Source of the DNA: Patescibacteria group bacterium
GTDB lineage: Bacteria; Patescibacteriota; Patescibacteriia; Patescibacteriales; UBA12465
Reading direction: 5' to 3'
Assembly: GCA_041649315.1 (NCBI GenBank)
Contig: JBAZNJ010000005.1
Coordinates: 709 to 64,708 of the forward strand
Length of the DNA stretch: 64,000 nt
In this document: positions 45,536-55,278 of the stretch, piece by piece
Layout: each line of letters opens with the position of its first letter
How positions within the stretch are numbered: the stretch's first letter is position 1
Notes under the pieces: model-generated
Databases searched by the model: none
Told to the model about the DNA's origin: nothing
Seen by the model: only the letters and a program-made list of their open reading frames with translations
Position numbers and translations under genes: made by a program

Positions 45536-48385
45536 ATGCCCATTCCCCAACTGCGCCCCAAAAGCTCCGGTTCTTGGCGCGATTATCATAAAAAGCCGGC
45601 TCAGCGTCCCACAGGAAAAAGGGGGCCTTCTTATTATCTCCCCTCCCAGAGAAAACCAAAAAAACCAAAAAACCTTAAAGGTCTTTTCCGGCGCTTTTTG
45701 CCGACTATTTTAATTTTAGGTACCCTCTTTTTGATTTTTGCTTTTATTTATACGGCCTGGGTTTCCCGTGATCTACCGAATCCAAACCACTTAATAGAAC
45801 GCGAGGTTGCTCAAAGTACTAAAATTTATGACCGTACTGGCGAACATGTCCTCTATGAAGTAAGCGGTGATGAAAAAAGAACCCTAATATCCTTAGAAGA
45901 TGTCCCCGACTATGTTAAACAAGCGACTATCGCACTTGAAGATAAAAACTTTTATAAACACGGCGCTTTCAGTGTTTGGGCGATGTTTCGGACGGCAATA
46001 ACGAATGTCCTGTTCCGACGCAGCGCCGGCGGGTCAACTTTAACGCAACAATTCATTAAAAATGCCGTGCTCACTCCGGAAAAAACTATCAGCCGGAAAG
46101 TCAAAGAATTGGTTCTCTCTTATCGCCTGGAAAAAAAATTCTCCAAGGACGAAATCCTCCAGATGTATCTGAATGAAATTCCTTATGGCTCTAACGCCTA
46201 CGGCGTTGAGGCGGCCAGCCAGAAATATTTTGGCAAAAGCGTAAAAGAAGTATCGCTGGCTGAAGCGGCTTTGCTCGCGGCAATTGTCCAACGACCAAGC
46301 TATTATTCCCCTTACGGTTCAAATAAAGATCTGCTCCTGGGCCGCAAAGATTATGTTTTAACCTTAATGGCCGAGCAGGGATATATTTCCGAGGAAGAGC
46401 GGGATTTCGCCAAAGAAGAAGAAATAAACTTCGCCAGCCCGGAAACAAACATTAAGGCCCCGCATTTTGTCATGTATATAAAAAGCTTACTCTCGGAAAA
46501 ATTTGGCGAAAAAACAATTGAGCAAGGCGGATTAAAAATCTATACTACTCTTGATTTATATAAACAAGAGATCGCGGAGGAAGTAATTAAAACTCGAACA
46601 GAAAACTACGAAGAAAACTTCGGCGCCTCTAACGCCGCCCTGGTCGCCCTTGACCCAAAAACCGGAGAAATCCTGGCTATGGTCGGGTCGCGCGATTATT
46701 TTAATGATGAAATTGACGGCCAAGTCAATGTTACCATGCGACCGCGCCAGCCCGGGTCGTCAATGAAACCAATTGTTTACGCGGCTTTATTTGAACGCGG
46801 CTATACGCCGGACACTATCCTGTACGATGTTAATACAAATTTTTCCACTAACCCGAGCGATCCCTACGCGCCAAAAAATTACGGCGGGAAAGAACATGGG
46901 CCGGTAACGATCCGCCAAGCTCTGGCCGGGTCGCTTAATCTCCCGGCGGTCAAGGCAATCTATTTAGCGGATATTAATAATGTTTTAGAGCTGACCGATA
47001 AGCTCGGCTATACAACCCTTTACGACCGCAGTCGCTTCGGCCTTTCTTTAGTTTTAGGCGGCGGCGAAGTAAAGATGGTTGAGCATGTTAATGCTTACAG
47101 CGCTTTCGCGCGCGACGGGCAGATTAATTCGATTGCCGGAATCTTAAAAATTGAAGATAAAGACGGCCGGATTATTGAAGAGTATAAACCCGAAGAAAAA
47201 AAAGTTTTAGACCCGCAAGTGGCGCGAATGATTAACAGCATCTTGTCTGACAACTCCGCGCGTGCCTTTATCTTCGGCGAAAATAACCCTTTAACGTTAG
47301 GCGACCGGGCGGTAGCCGCTAAAACCGGGACGACCAATGATTACCATGACGCCTGGACCGTCGGATATACGCCCTCGCTAGTTGCTGGAGTCTGGGTGGG
47401 GAATAATAATAACGACGCCATGAAGGGCGCGGCGGACGGCAGTATTTTAGCCGCTCCGATTTGGCGAGATTTTATGTCGCGCGTTCTCGGCGACACGCCA
47501 AAGGAAACTTTTAGAGCGCCGGATGATTACCAAACCGGCAAAGATATTTTAGACGGACGAATGCCCGTTGAAACGATTGTTTTTTCGCCCGAACTCGGGG
47601 TAATCGAAGAAAAAAACATTCCCTCTCATCACAGCATCTTATATTATATTGATCGGGCAGATCCTCGCGGCCCCGCGCCAAGCGACCCGTCCGTCGATCC
47701 GCAATTTTCTTTATGGGAAGAGGGGATAAAAGCCTGGGTAGAAAAAAATGACCCGGAAGCGATTTTGTTAGCCGCCAACCGCGACCCAGCCAATCAACCA
47801 ACAGTTAAAATTCTTTTTCCCTCAGCCAATCAAACCATTTCTTCACCATCTATAGAAATCCTGGCAGAAATTCAGGCTCCCCGCGGCCTCAGCCGAACCG
47901 AATATTATTTAAACGGAAATCTTTGGGAAACCCGCTGGGGCGAAGTTTCCTCATTAATAAAAAATGTCGATATTTTGGCTAACGGTTATCACTCGCTCAG
48001 AGTCCGGGCCTGCGACGATCAAGAAAACTGCGGCGAAGAAAGCGTCAACTTTAATCTTTTAATAAAAAATAATCCGGCAGGAACCGGAAAAAATTCTATT
48101 AGTTTAGGCGGTCTACCCTCCGGATCAGCGGTTAAAGAGATTGATTTCCCTCTTTCTTTTTATTTGTCGGTTGAACAGCCGGAAAAAACGGCGCGAATCA
48201 AACTATTGGCGGAAAATGGAGCTGAAAAAATTATTATTAAAAATCTTCTTGGCCCTTTTTCAGAAAACATAAATAGTTCTTGGACTGATTACCCGCCTAC
48301 CGGAATTTATGATGTTTCCGCCGAGCTTTACGGGTGGAATGGAGAACAAATAAAAAGTAATGAAATAAAAATAATTGCCGACTAG
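45536..48385 (+). CDS. Bifunctional penicillin-binding protein 1A (glycosyltransferase GT51 + transpeptidase) with C-terminal beta-rich extension
   Basis: TM anchor. GT51 motifs ALEDKNFYKHGAF and RKVKELVLSYRLE. Transpeptidase motifs SSMKP (SxxK) and KTGTT. About 230 extra C-terminal residues. Confidence 0.92.
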   Translation: MPIPQLRPKSSGSWRDYHKKPAQRPTGKRGPSYYLPSQRKPKKPKNLKGLFRRFLPTILILGTLFLIFAFIYTAWVSRDLPNPNHLIEREVAQSTKIYDRTGEHVLYEVSGDEKRTLISLEDVPDYVKQATIALEDKNFYKHGAFSVWAMFRTAITNVLFRRSAGGSTLTQQFIKNAVLTPEKTISRKVKELVLSYRLEKKFSKDEILQMYLNEIPYGSNAYGVEAASQKYFGKSVKEVSLAEAALLAAIVQRPSYYSPYGSNKDLLLGRKDYVLTLMAEQGYISEEERDFAKEEEINFASPETNIKAPHFVMYIKSLLSEKFGEKTIEQGGLKIYTTLDLYKQEIAEEVIKTRTENYEENFGASNAALVALDPKTGEILAMVGSRDYFNDEIDGQVNVTMRPRQPGSSMKPIVYAALFERGYTPDTILYDVNTNFSTNPSDPYAPKNYGGKEHGPVTIRQALAGSLNLPAVKAIYLADINNVLELTDKLGYTTLYDRSRFGLSLVLGGGEVKMVEHVNAYSAFARDGQINSIAGILKIEDKDGRIIEEYKPEEKKVLDPQVARMINSILSDNSARAFIFGENNPLTLGDRAVAAKTGTTNDYHDAWTVGYTPSLVAGVWVGNNNNDAMKGAADGSILAAPIWRDFMSRVLGDTPKETFRAPDDYQTGKDILDGRMPVETIVFSPELGVIEEKNIPSHHSILYYIDRADPRGPAPSDPSVDPQFSLWEEGIKAWVEKNDPEAILLAANRDPANQPTVKILFPSANQTISSPSIEILAEIQAPRGLSRTEYYLNGNLWETRWGEVSSLIKNVDILANGYHSLRVRACDDQENCGEESVNFNLLIKNNPAGTGKNSISLGGLPSGSAVKEIDFPLSFYLSVEQPEKTARIKLLAENGAEKIIIKNLLGPFSENINSSWTDYPPTGIYDVSAELYGWNGEQIKSNEIKIIAD

Positions 48386-48474
48386 CTTAGTGCGTCTCTT
48401 GTTGAAGGGTGTTTTTATTTTAATCTCCTGTGGTTTAAATAATTATCCCAAAATAAAAGCCTGGCGACAATCTT

Positions 48475-49599
48475 CTATTGCCTAATCGGCATAACAATAT
48501 AAAGATAGCCGTCTTCTTTTTCCGGCTTTAATAAGCATGGCGCGTCGGAATTTAAAATTTCTAATCTAACTACTTCGTTATTAATATTATTTAATCCTTC
48601 TACTAAGTAGCGATGATTTATAGTAATCTCGTTTTCCCCGCCGTTAATTTCGGCTGATAGCTCAATCTTACTTTCTCCGCTCGAACCAGAAAAGGCGGAA
48701 ACGACCACCTTGTTTTTAGTGATTCGCAAATTAATATCATTAACCCCGGTTTTAGAAAAAAGCGCCGCCGCTTTAACCGCCCGTATTAATTCCCCTCGTT
48801 CAATTACCAGCGTCGTCTGGCTTTTAGCCGGAATAATCTGTTTATAGTCGGGATATTGCCCGTTAATCAATCGGGAAATAAGTTCAACGGAGTCAACTGT
48901 AAATAAAATTTGATTTTCCGCTAAATAAATTTTAACTTCATTCCCATCTTCCTTCCCCTCAAAATTATTAAGAATCCTCAGCACCTCTTGGACGGTTTTG
49001 GCCGGCACTATCACTCGATGTCCCTCTTCTTCATCAACCCCATCCGTTTTTATTTCTATTTCTCTTTCAGCCAAACGATAGCTGTCAGTCGCCGCTAAAG
49101 TTAAGCGGTTTTTTTTAAAAGAAAATAAAACCCCGGTCAGCTCTGCCCGATTTTCACTATTAGAAACAGCAAAAACCACACTATTTAAGGATTCCTTAAG
49201 CTTCTCCGCCGAACAAATAATTGCGTTTTCTTTGGGGATTGTTGGGATTAAAGGAAATTCTTTGGCGGACTCTCCTTTTATTTTTGTTTTGTATCCACCA
49301 TTTTCAATCTTCATCATTCCTTCTTTTTCTTCAAAAACAACCTTATCCCCACCACTTAATAAGCTAACATAGTCAGACACTAGCTTAGCATCAACCGTAA
49401 ACTGACCATCGTGTTCAACTTTTCCGCGTAATTGATGAATAATACCGATCTCCAAATTAGTACTAATTAGCTCAATATTTCCATTTTCCGCTTTTATCAA
49501 AATATTATTTAAAATCGGAAGATTAATATTTTTAGTTGTTATGTGTCCGACAATATTTAATCCCCTTTTTAAATTTTCTAATAGGCCGATGAAGCGCAT
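48475..49599 (-). CDS. dnaN: DNA polymerase III beta sliding clamp
   Basis: 374 aa immediately downstream of dnaA. Three-domain clamp pattern (…LPILNNILIKAENG…, …ATDSYRLAE…, …YLYIVMPIR). Confidence 0.93.
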   Translation of the reverse strand: MRFIGLLENLKRGLNIVGHITTKNINLPILNNILIKAENGNIELISTNLEIGIIHQLRGKVEHDGQFTVDAKLVSDYVSLLSGGDKVVFEEKEGMMKIENGGYKTKIKGESAKEFPLIPTIPKENAIICSAEKLKESLNSVVFAVSNSENRAELTGVLFSFKKNRLTLAATDSYRLAEREIEIKTDGVDEEEGHRVIVPAKTVQEVLRILNNFEGKEDGNEVKIYLAENQILFTVDSVELISRLINGQYPDYKQIIPAKSQTTLVIERGELIRAVKAAALFSKTGVNDINLRITKNKVVVSAFSGSSGESKIELSAEINGGENEITINHRYLVEGLNNINNEVVRLEILNSDAPCLLKPEKEDGYLYIVMPIRQ

Positions 49600-49872
49600 A
49601 TATTTAATTAGTTAATATATTAATAGTAATTATAATAAGCCGGGGGATAAGTTTCTTTTTCTGGGGATTTGATTTTTTTGGTTGGTGTTTTGTTCGGGTT
49701 TTTGAAGGATTTTTAGGTGAGCGCTGTTAATAATTTTTACTTTTTCTGTTGAAAATTTTTAGAAGAAAGTTAATAAAAATTAAAAGAAGATGGTTATTAA
49801 CTTTTGTTTAAAAATTTTCCCCAAGAAGTTCGCTGTTAAATCCCAGGTTTATCCCCGCCCTTTCCCCAAAAA
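49600..49872. other. Candidate oriC (DnaA-box cluster + AT-rich unwinding region) in the dnaA-dnaN spacer
   Basis: T(T/A)TCCCC-type boxes lie at 49642-49650(-), 49662-49670(-), 49815-49823(+), 49849-49857(+) and 49860-49868(+). They flank a very AT-rich stretch at ~49730-49815. Confidence 0.55.
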
Positions 49873-51276
49873 TTAATAAACAGTGTTAAATAATTGTCGG
49901 ATAGAGCCAACCTCTTGTTTTATTTTTTCGTTTCCTCCCTCCTTTACTTCTTGGCAAATTTTATTATAAGAGTGCATAGCGGTGGTATGATCGCGACCGC
50001 CGAGCTCCGCGCCGATTGTTGGGTAAGAAGTACTTAATTCTTCACGGATTAAAAAAATAGCGATTTGTCGAGGCCAAACCAATTCTTTTTTTCGGCTTGG
50101 GCCGACCAGGTCTTTATAGTTTAGATTATAAAATTTTGCCGTTGCTTCAATAATTTCCTTTGGTGTTAAGGATTTCAACTGGATATTAGAAATATAATCA
50201 TTTAAAATTTCTCGGACGCTTTTAACAGAAGGGCTTGTGCCGCGGAACTGGTGAGAGGCGACGACTTTATTCAGGGCGCCCTCCAGCTCCCGGATATTAT
50301 TTTGTACATGTTCGGCAATGTAGGCTAAAATATCCTTTTCTAAAGGAAAATTACGTTCTAAAGATTTTTTTTCTAAAATTGCGATTTTAGTTTCTAGGTC
50401 CGGTTTGCCAACATCGGCGACCATTCCGGACTCAAATCGGGAAATTAAACGTTTTTCCAGGGCCGGGATTGATTTTGGCGGTCGGTCGGAAGTTAAAACG
50501 ATTTGCTTGTCGTTTTGCTGGAGTTCGTTGAAAGTATGGAAAAACTCTTCCTGAGTGCCGTCTTTGCCGCCCATAAATTGGACATCGTCAACTAGTAAGA
50601 GGTCGACATTACGATATAGATTTTTAAATTCTTTGGCGCGGCCGGTTTTAACGGATTGAATATAGTTGTTGGTAAATTTTTCACTAGTGACATAAAGGAT
50701 TTTATTTGTTCTTTTCGCGACGGCGTGACCGATTGCTTGGAGTAAATGGGTTTTGCCCAAACCGACGCCACCATAAATAAAAAGAGGATTATAAGATTTT
50801 CCTGGATTTTCCACGACAGCTAAACAAGCGGCGTGAGCCAGCTCATTGCCGCGGCCGACAATAAAATTATCAAAAAGATAACGCGGGTTAAGTCCGTAAC
50901 GGCTGGTTTCTTGAGTTCCTTCTGATTTTTCTATAACATTTTCTGACGGCGTTAATTTTTCTTTGTTTTGAGAGAGCTCTTTATCTTCATTTCCGTCGGT
51001 AGACGAATTGGTGTGGCCGTTGTTTTTTTTCAATTCGATTTTATAAATTATTTCTTTTATTTCTTGTTTGGAAACATTTTCTAGGGCGCTTAAAATATTT
51101 TTATGATATTTTTCTTCTAACCATTTTTTAACAAAGGCGTTTGGGACGCAGACAATCGCCCGCCCGCATTCGAAAGAGGAAATAAAAGTGTCTTTAAACC
51201 AAGTAATGAAGTTAGCGCGGGATAAATTAATTTCAATTTCTCCCAAAACCGCTTGCCAAAGTTGTTCGTTGGTCAT
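49873..51276 (-). CDS. dnaA: Chromosomal replication initiator DnaA
   Basis: AAA+ motifs GGVGLGKTHLL and LLVDDVQF, plus the C-terminal DNA-binding signature …GGRDHTTAMHSY. Start is set at the ATG at 51276 (MTNEQLWQ…); the ORF-track start is a TTG 13 codons upstream. Confidence 0.95.
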   Translation of the reverse strand: MTNEQLWQAVLGEIEINLSRANFITWFKDTFISSFECGRAIVCVPNAFVKKWLEEKYHKNILSALENVSKQEIKEIIYKIELKKNNGHTNSSTDGNEDKELSQNKEKLTPSENVIEKSEGTQETSRYGLNPRYLFDNFIVGRGNELAHAACLAVVENPGKSYNPLFIYGGVGLGKTHLLQAIGHAVAKRTNKILYVTSEKFTNNYIQSVKTGRAKEFKNLYRNVDLLLVDDVQFMGGKDGTQEEFFHTFNELQQNDKQIVLTSDRPPKSIPALEKRLISRFESGMVADVGKPDLETKIAILEKKSLERNFPLEKDILAYIAEHVQNNIRELEGALNKVVASHQFRGTSPSVKSVREILNDYISNIQLKSLTPKEIIEATAKFYNLNYKDLVGPSRKKELVWPRQIAIFLIREELSTSYPTIGAELGGRDHTTAMHSYNKICQEVKEGGNEKIKQEVGSIRQLFNTVY

Positions 51277-51340
51277 AAAAAAAGAGTTGGATGATTGGTC
51301 CAAATTAATTATCAACTGTTAAATCAAATTCTATTAGTCC

Positions 51341-51369
51341 ATTATATTAGATAACATGTTTTTCCACAA
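51341..51369 (-). promoter_or_regulatory. dnaA promoter with DnaA box overlapping the -35
   Basis: Minus strand reads TTGTGG (51369-51364), a 17-nt spacer, then TATAAT (51346-51341). The plus-strand TTTTCCACA at 51360-51368 is a one-mismatch DnaA box. Confidence 0.5.
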
Positions 51370-51436
51370 GGCATTGGGTTGTTAAAAATATGTTGATAAA
51401 AAGGGGATAAAGCAAAAAATAACAAATTCTTTTTTA

Positions 51437-51465
51437 TTGACTATTGCTAATAAAGATGATATCTT
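51437..51465 (+). promoter_or_regulatory. rpmH promoter
   Basis: TTGACT (51437-51442), a 17-nt spacer, then TATCTT (51460-51465). Confidence 0.5.
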
Positions 51466-51495
51466 GTAAAAATAATAACAAATTAACCTTATTTT

Positions 51496-51633
51496 ATGCC
51501 GAAAAGAACCTATCAACCGAATAAGCGCAAAGCTAAAAAGAAACATGGCTTTATGGAAAGAATGGAAACTAAAGACGGACGGCGCGTTTTAAAAAGTCGT
51601 CGCGAAAAAGGACGGAAAGCATTAAGTAAATAG
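51496..51633 (+). CDS. rpmH: 50S ribosomal protein L34
   Basis: 45 aa, below the ORF-track cutoff, translated by hand: [45 protein letters not shown]. Sits in the canonical position before rnpA. Confidence 0.92.
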   Translation: MPKRTYQPNKRKAKKKHGFMERMETKDGRRVLKSRREKGRKALSK

Positions 51634-51656
51634 TTCTCGGCCTAGTCCAAGAAAGC

Positions 51657-52004
51657 ATGTTAAAAAAAAATAATCGAATAAGTCGTGATAAAGATTTTGA
51701 CCGGGTTTTCAAAACCGGCCGATCTTTTTATAGCCCGATTTTAGGAATAAAAGCAGCTGAAAACGGGCTAAATGTTAATCGTTTAGGAATCTTAATAAAC
51801 GTGAAGGTGAGTAAAAAAGCCGTGGAAAGGAATCTTTATCGGCGTCGTTTAAGGGAAATTATTAAGCAAGAATTTCCGGGGATGAAAAAGGGGCATGATT
51901 TAGCCGTAATTGTCTTCCCGCCGATATTAGAAAAAGATTTTAAGGAAATTAAAGCGGCGGTTAAGCAGGGTTTGGCGAAATTAGGACTGTATGAGGGCGC
52001 ATAA
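51657..52004 (+). CDS. rnpA: Ribonuclease P protein component
   Basis: 115 aa, basic. Contains a KDFDRVFKTGRSF… motif and follows rpmH. Confidence 0.88.
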   Translation: MLKKNNRISRDKDFDRVFKTGRSFYSPILGIKAAENGLNVNRLGILINVKVSKKAVERNLYRRRLREIIKQEFPGMKKGHDLAVIVFPPILEKDFKEIKAAVKQGLAKLGLYEGA

Positions 52005-52037
52005 AGAAGATTGAATTAAAGAAGACTGGATTAGGAT

Positions 52038-52295
52038 ATGTTTCAATATATAAAAAAATTTTCTAGAGAAATAGTAATTGTTTTAATAAAAATTTATCAA
52101 AAAACTTTATCTTTTGATCATGGCCCCTTAAAAATGTTTTATCCGCAGGGTTTTTGTCGTTTTACGCCAACCTGTTCGGAGTATGGGATAGAGGCAATCA
52201 GAAAATACGGGTTGATAAGAGGCGGATTTATGACCGCTTGGCGAATTTTAAGATGTAATCCTTGGAATAAGGGCGGACATGACCCGGTTAAATGA
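52038..52295 (+). CDS. yidD: Membrane protein insertion efficiency factor YidD
   Basis: 85 aa. The YQKTLSF…[19 protein letters not shown] signature. Confidence 0.9.
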   Translation: MFQYIKKFSREIVIVLIKIYQKTLSFDHGPLKMFYPQGFCRFTPTCSEYGIEAIRKYGLIRGGFMTAWRILRCNPWNKGGHDPVK

Positions 52296-52347
52296 TAAGA
52301 GGGATGGCGCGCGCGGGTAATCTATAAATAGATAAACAACCAGACAC

Positions 52348-52382
52348 CAGACAGACAGACAAACAAACAAACAAACAAACAA
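52348..52382. repeat. Compound tetranucleotide microsatellite (CAGA)3(CAAA)5CAA
   Basis: Read directly: CAGACAGACAGA (52348-52359), then CAAACAAACAAACAAACAAACAA (52360-52382). It lies in the yidD-yidC spacer. Confidence 0.9.
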
Positions 52383-52422
52383 TTTAGTAATTAAGCAAAG
52401 TTTAATAATTCAAAGAAATTTT

Positions 52423-53172
52423 ATGGCTAATTTTTTCACAAGCGTTTTTTATCAACCGATTTTAAATCTTTTGGTATTTTTATATAACACAATCTCTTTC
52501 CAGGATTTAGGCGTCGCGATTATCCTTTTAACCGCGGTTATCAAGCTGGTTTTTTGGCCGCTTGGCCGCTCGTCTATAAAATCGCAGAAGGCCCTGCAGG
52601 AGCTCCAGCCGAAATTAGAGGAATTAAAGAAACAATACGGGAAAGATAAGGCTGGTTTAAGCCAGGCGACAATGGCTTTGTATAAAGAAAATAAAGTTAA
52701 CCCCTTTTCTTCCTGTTTACCGCTTTTAATCCAGCTTCCCTTTTTGATTGCGGTTTATCGGGTTTTCCGGGATGGCGTCGATAATAAACTAGAATTAGTT
52801 TATTCTTTTATCGGTCGGCCGGAAGTGCTTAATGTTATTTCTTTCGGTTTTCTTGATTTATCAAAAAGAAGCATCGTGTTGGCGGTTTTAGCCGGGTTAG
52901 CCCAGTTTTGGCAAGCGAAGATGTTAAGCCGCAAGAAACCGGCGGTCGTTTCTCCTGGCTCAAAAGATGAAAGCATGACAGCGATTATGAATAAACAGAT
53001 GCTTTATTTCATGCCGGCGATTACGATTTTTATCGGGCTTTCTTTGCCGGCCGGCCTGACTTTATATTGGTTTGTTTTAACTTTGTTTACCGCTTTACAA
53101 CAAGTCGTTACTTTTAAAAAGAAAGACGATGGCGGAGATAAAAAAATGATTGAGGGAGAAATAGTAAAATAA
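52423..53172 (+). CDS. yidC: YidC/Oxa1-family membrane insertase (short form)
   Basis: 249 aa. NPFSSCLPLLIQLPFLIAVYRV and a C-terminal basic tail. Follows rnpA-yidD. Confidence 0.88.
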   Translation: MANFFTSVFYQPILNLLVFLYNTISFQDLGVAIILLTAVIKLVFWPLGRSSIKSQKALQELQPKLEELKKQYGKDKAGLSQATMALYKENKVNPFSSCLPLLIQLPFLIAVYRVFRDGVDNKLELVYSFIGRPEVLNVISFGFLDLSKRSIVLAVLAGLAQFWQAKMLSRKKPAVVSPGSKDESMTAIMNKQMLYFMPAITIFIGLSLPAGLTLYWFVLTLFTALQQVVTFKKKDDGGDKKMIEGEIVK

Positions 53173-53229
53173 AGATAAAAATTGTTTAAAAACCGATATA
53201 AACATATTTAAGCTTGGAAAAATTAACTT

Positions 53230-53257
53230 AAAAAACAGCCCGTGAGGGCTGTTTTGT
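53230..53257. terminator. Bidirectional intrinsic terminator
   Basis: AAAAAACAGCCC-GTGA-GGGCTGTTTTGTTT between the convergent yidC and VanW-like genes. Confidence 0.75.
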
Positions 53258-53283
53258 TTGTGGCACGATAAAAAGATAAAGGG

Positions 53284-55182
53284 TTAGTTTGCAGCGGCGG
53301 GAGGATTTTCTAAATTATTATTTTCTTCTGTCTCGGCCTCCTCTTCGTTAACCGTTTCTTCAGCGGGCTCTTTCCCGATTAAACAAACCGCTTGCCAAGG
53401 GACATAATGCGAGCTGAATCTTACTTCATGGAGCGGCGTGGTAGTCGCGCCCTCCGGGTAAACCACAGTGTAATCAAAATAAGCGTCAGCGCCGTTATGC
53501 GAGCTTTCCGTGCATTTTTTTACCCCAGGCGCTAAAGAGTCGGTTTCAATTATTTTTGTCGGCGCGGGCTTAACGATATTATAAATTGTTGGGTCGGTAA
53601 TGGTAATTTCTCGTCCGTCTTTTATTCCCCAAAAATCAAAATATAAATCGTTGCCGTCTAAGCGAGCTTGGATTAAGATATAATTTCCCGTGTCATTAAC
53701 AAAACGAACATCAGGCGCGGGATCGTAAATCGTCGCATCGGTTCCGGCCGGTTCGTAATAAGAAACGCGGTAGGAATGGTTGCGGCGCTCGGTTATCGGT
53801 AAGCCGGAAGCCAGAGCCGCCCGAAAGACAGTCGTGCCGATTTGGCAAAGGCCGCCACCATATTCCGGGACGGTTTTGTCCCCCTTAATAACCAGTTCTT
53901 GCCGGTATCCGGTTTCGCCATTGATTTCTCCAAGCGCGGCGAGCAAAGAAAATTCTTCGTTCGGTTTGATTAATACGCCGTGTAAAGAAGCGGCGCCGAC
54001 GCTGATATTATGGCGGCGGTTAGCCGGTGAACCGGCGTAATTAGAGTGTCCGGTGCCGATGATTTCTTTTATTTTTAATTCCCCGTCTTTAAATAAGCTT
54101 TCCGAGGGGATGATTTCTATTTCTAAAATAATTTCGTTTTTGTTGTTTAGAAATTCATTAAGTATCAAGGAAACGTTTTTATCTAAATCAAGCTCTCGGC
54201 CGTCTTGGCCAGCTTGCCAGTTACTTGCCCGTCCGTCTTTTATTTCCAGACGAGGGACGATGGCCGCTAAATTTATTTCCGGGGCGACCGAACTCTCTAA
54301 ATATTGACAGATTTTTTCTGGGATTAAGAATAGATTCAGAGTTTCTGCGTTTCGGTCGGCGCCTAACCAGGTAATAAGCTCTTCGGGCTTGATTTCCCAG
54401 GTTTTTGAAGGAGCTTCTTTGTCCAGTTGATCTGGCAGACGTAAAAACAAAGAACCGCGATCAAGGATTTCTCGAGCCGTCGCTTCTAGGCCGGCCAGAT
54501 CGGCGGTGGCGACGGAAGGATATTTTGAATGGGTAGTAATAAAGAGGGGGGCGTTTTCGAGTTTAGACAAGTTAGCCGTGAGAGCAACGGCTAAAGCTTC
54601 ATAATTAATTTCTTTGCCGATTTTTTCCGAACCGGTTTTTAAGGTTAGTCCCCCGGTTTCAGGGTTTTCCGATGAAAGAGAAAAATGAGCATTGACCGGC
54701 TCGATTATCAGTTCGGGGAATTGATCGTTTAAAAAAGCTTTTATTTTTTCAAAATCTAAAAAATAAGAAATTACTATAGGGTTTATTTTTTTAATTTTCC
54801 AGCGCAGCAATAGATAATTGCCAAAAGAATTTTGGCCTTGCTCGGCTTGGGCGAGGTTTAAGGTTTTTTTTAAATCAAAAGAAAGAAGCGGCCCGGCTAA
54901 ATCCGAATCAAAAGAAAAAGTATTGATCGGAAGAGTCGCGGATTTTTCTTGATAATTAAAAGACAGGCCGTTCATTATTATTTCGTCCGCCTTTTCTTTT
55001 AAAATAGCTTCTGCTTCCGCCGGAGTTTTGCCGCTTAAATTAAGCCCCCCAACAACCACTCCGGGGTAAAAATGCCCAAACCAAGAACGGGACCAGATAA
55101 AGTAATTCCCGACGATAAAAACGACCGCTAAAAAAACGGCCGAAGTTATTATAATTTTAATTAAAGAATCCTTTTTGGGCAT
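53284..55182 (-). CDS. VanW-family protein (membrane-anchored, with N-terminal repeat/peptidoglycan-binding-like region)
   Basis: N-terminal TM helix. The C-terminal VanW core is GGGLCQIGTTVFRAALASGLPITERRNHSYRVSYYEP. Confidence 0.85.
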   Translation of the reverse strand: MPKKDSLIKIIITSAVFLAVVFIVGNYFIWSRSWFGHFYPGVVVGGLNLSGKTPAEAEAILKEKADEIIMNGLSFNYQEKSATLPINTFSFDSDLAGPLLSFDLKKTLNLAQAEQGQNSFGNYLLLRWKIKKINPIVISYFLDFEKIKAFLNDQFPELIIEPVNAHFSLSSENPETGGLTLKTGSEKIGKEINYEALAVALTANLSKLENAPLFITTHSKYPSVATADLAGLEATAREILDRGSLFLRLPDQLDKEAPSKTWEIKPEELITWLGADRNAETLNLFLIPEKICQYLESSVAPEINLAAIVPRLEIKDGRASNWQAGQDGRELDLDKNVSLILNEFLNNKNEIILEIEIIPSESLFKDGELKIKEIIGTGHSNYAGSPANRRHNISVGAASLHGVLIKPNEEFSLLAALGEINGETGYRQELVIKGDKTVPEYGGGLCQIGTTVFRAALASGLPITERRNHSYRVSYYEPAGTDATIYDPAPDVRFVNDTGNYILIQARLDGNDLYFDFWGIKDGREITITDPTIYNIVKPAPTKIIETDSLAPGVKKCTESSHNGADAYFDYTVVYPEGATTTPLHEVRFSSHYVPWQAVCLIGKEPAEETVNEEEAETEENNNLENPPAAAN

Positions 55183-55278
55183 AAAATTAATAAAGGGGGT
55201 TTAGGATAAAAATGGTGTTTGACGGCGGGCTTATAATAAGACCGGGGAGATGATTAAATAAACTTGGGCTAGATTAAG

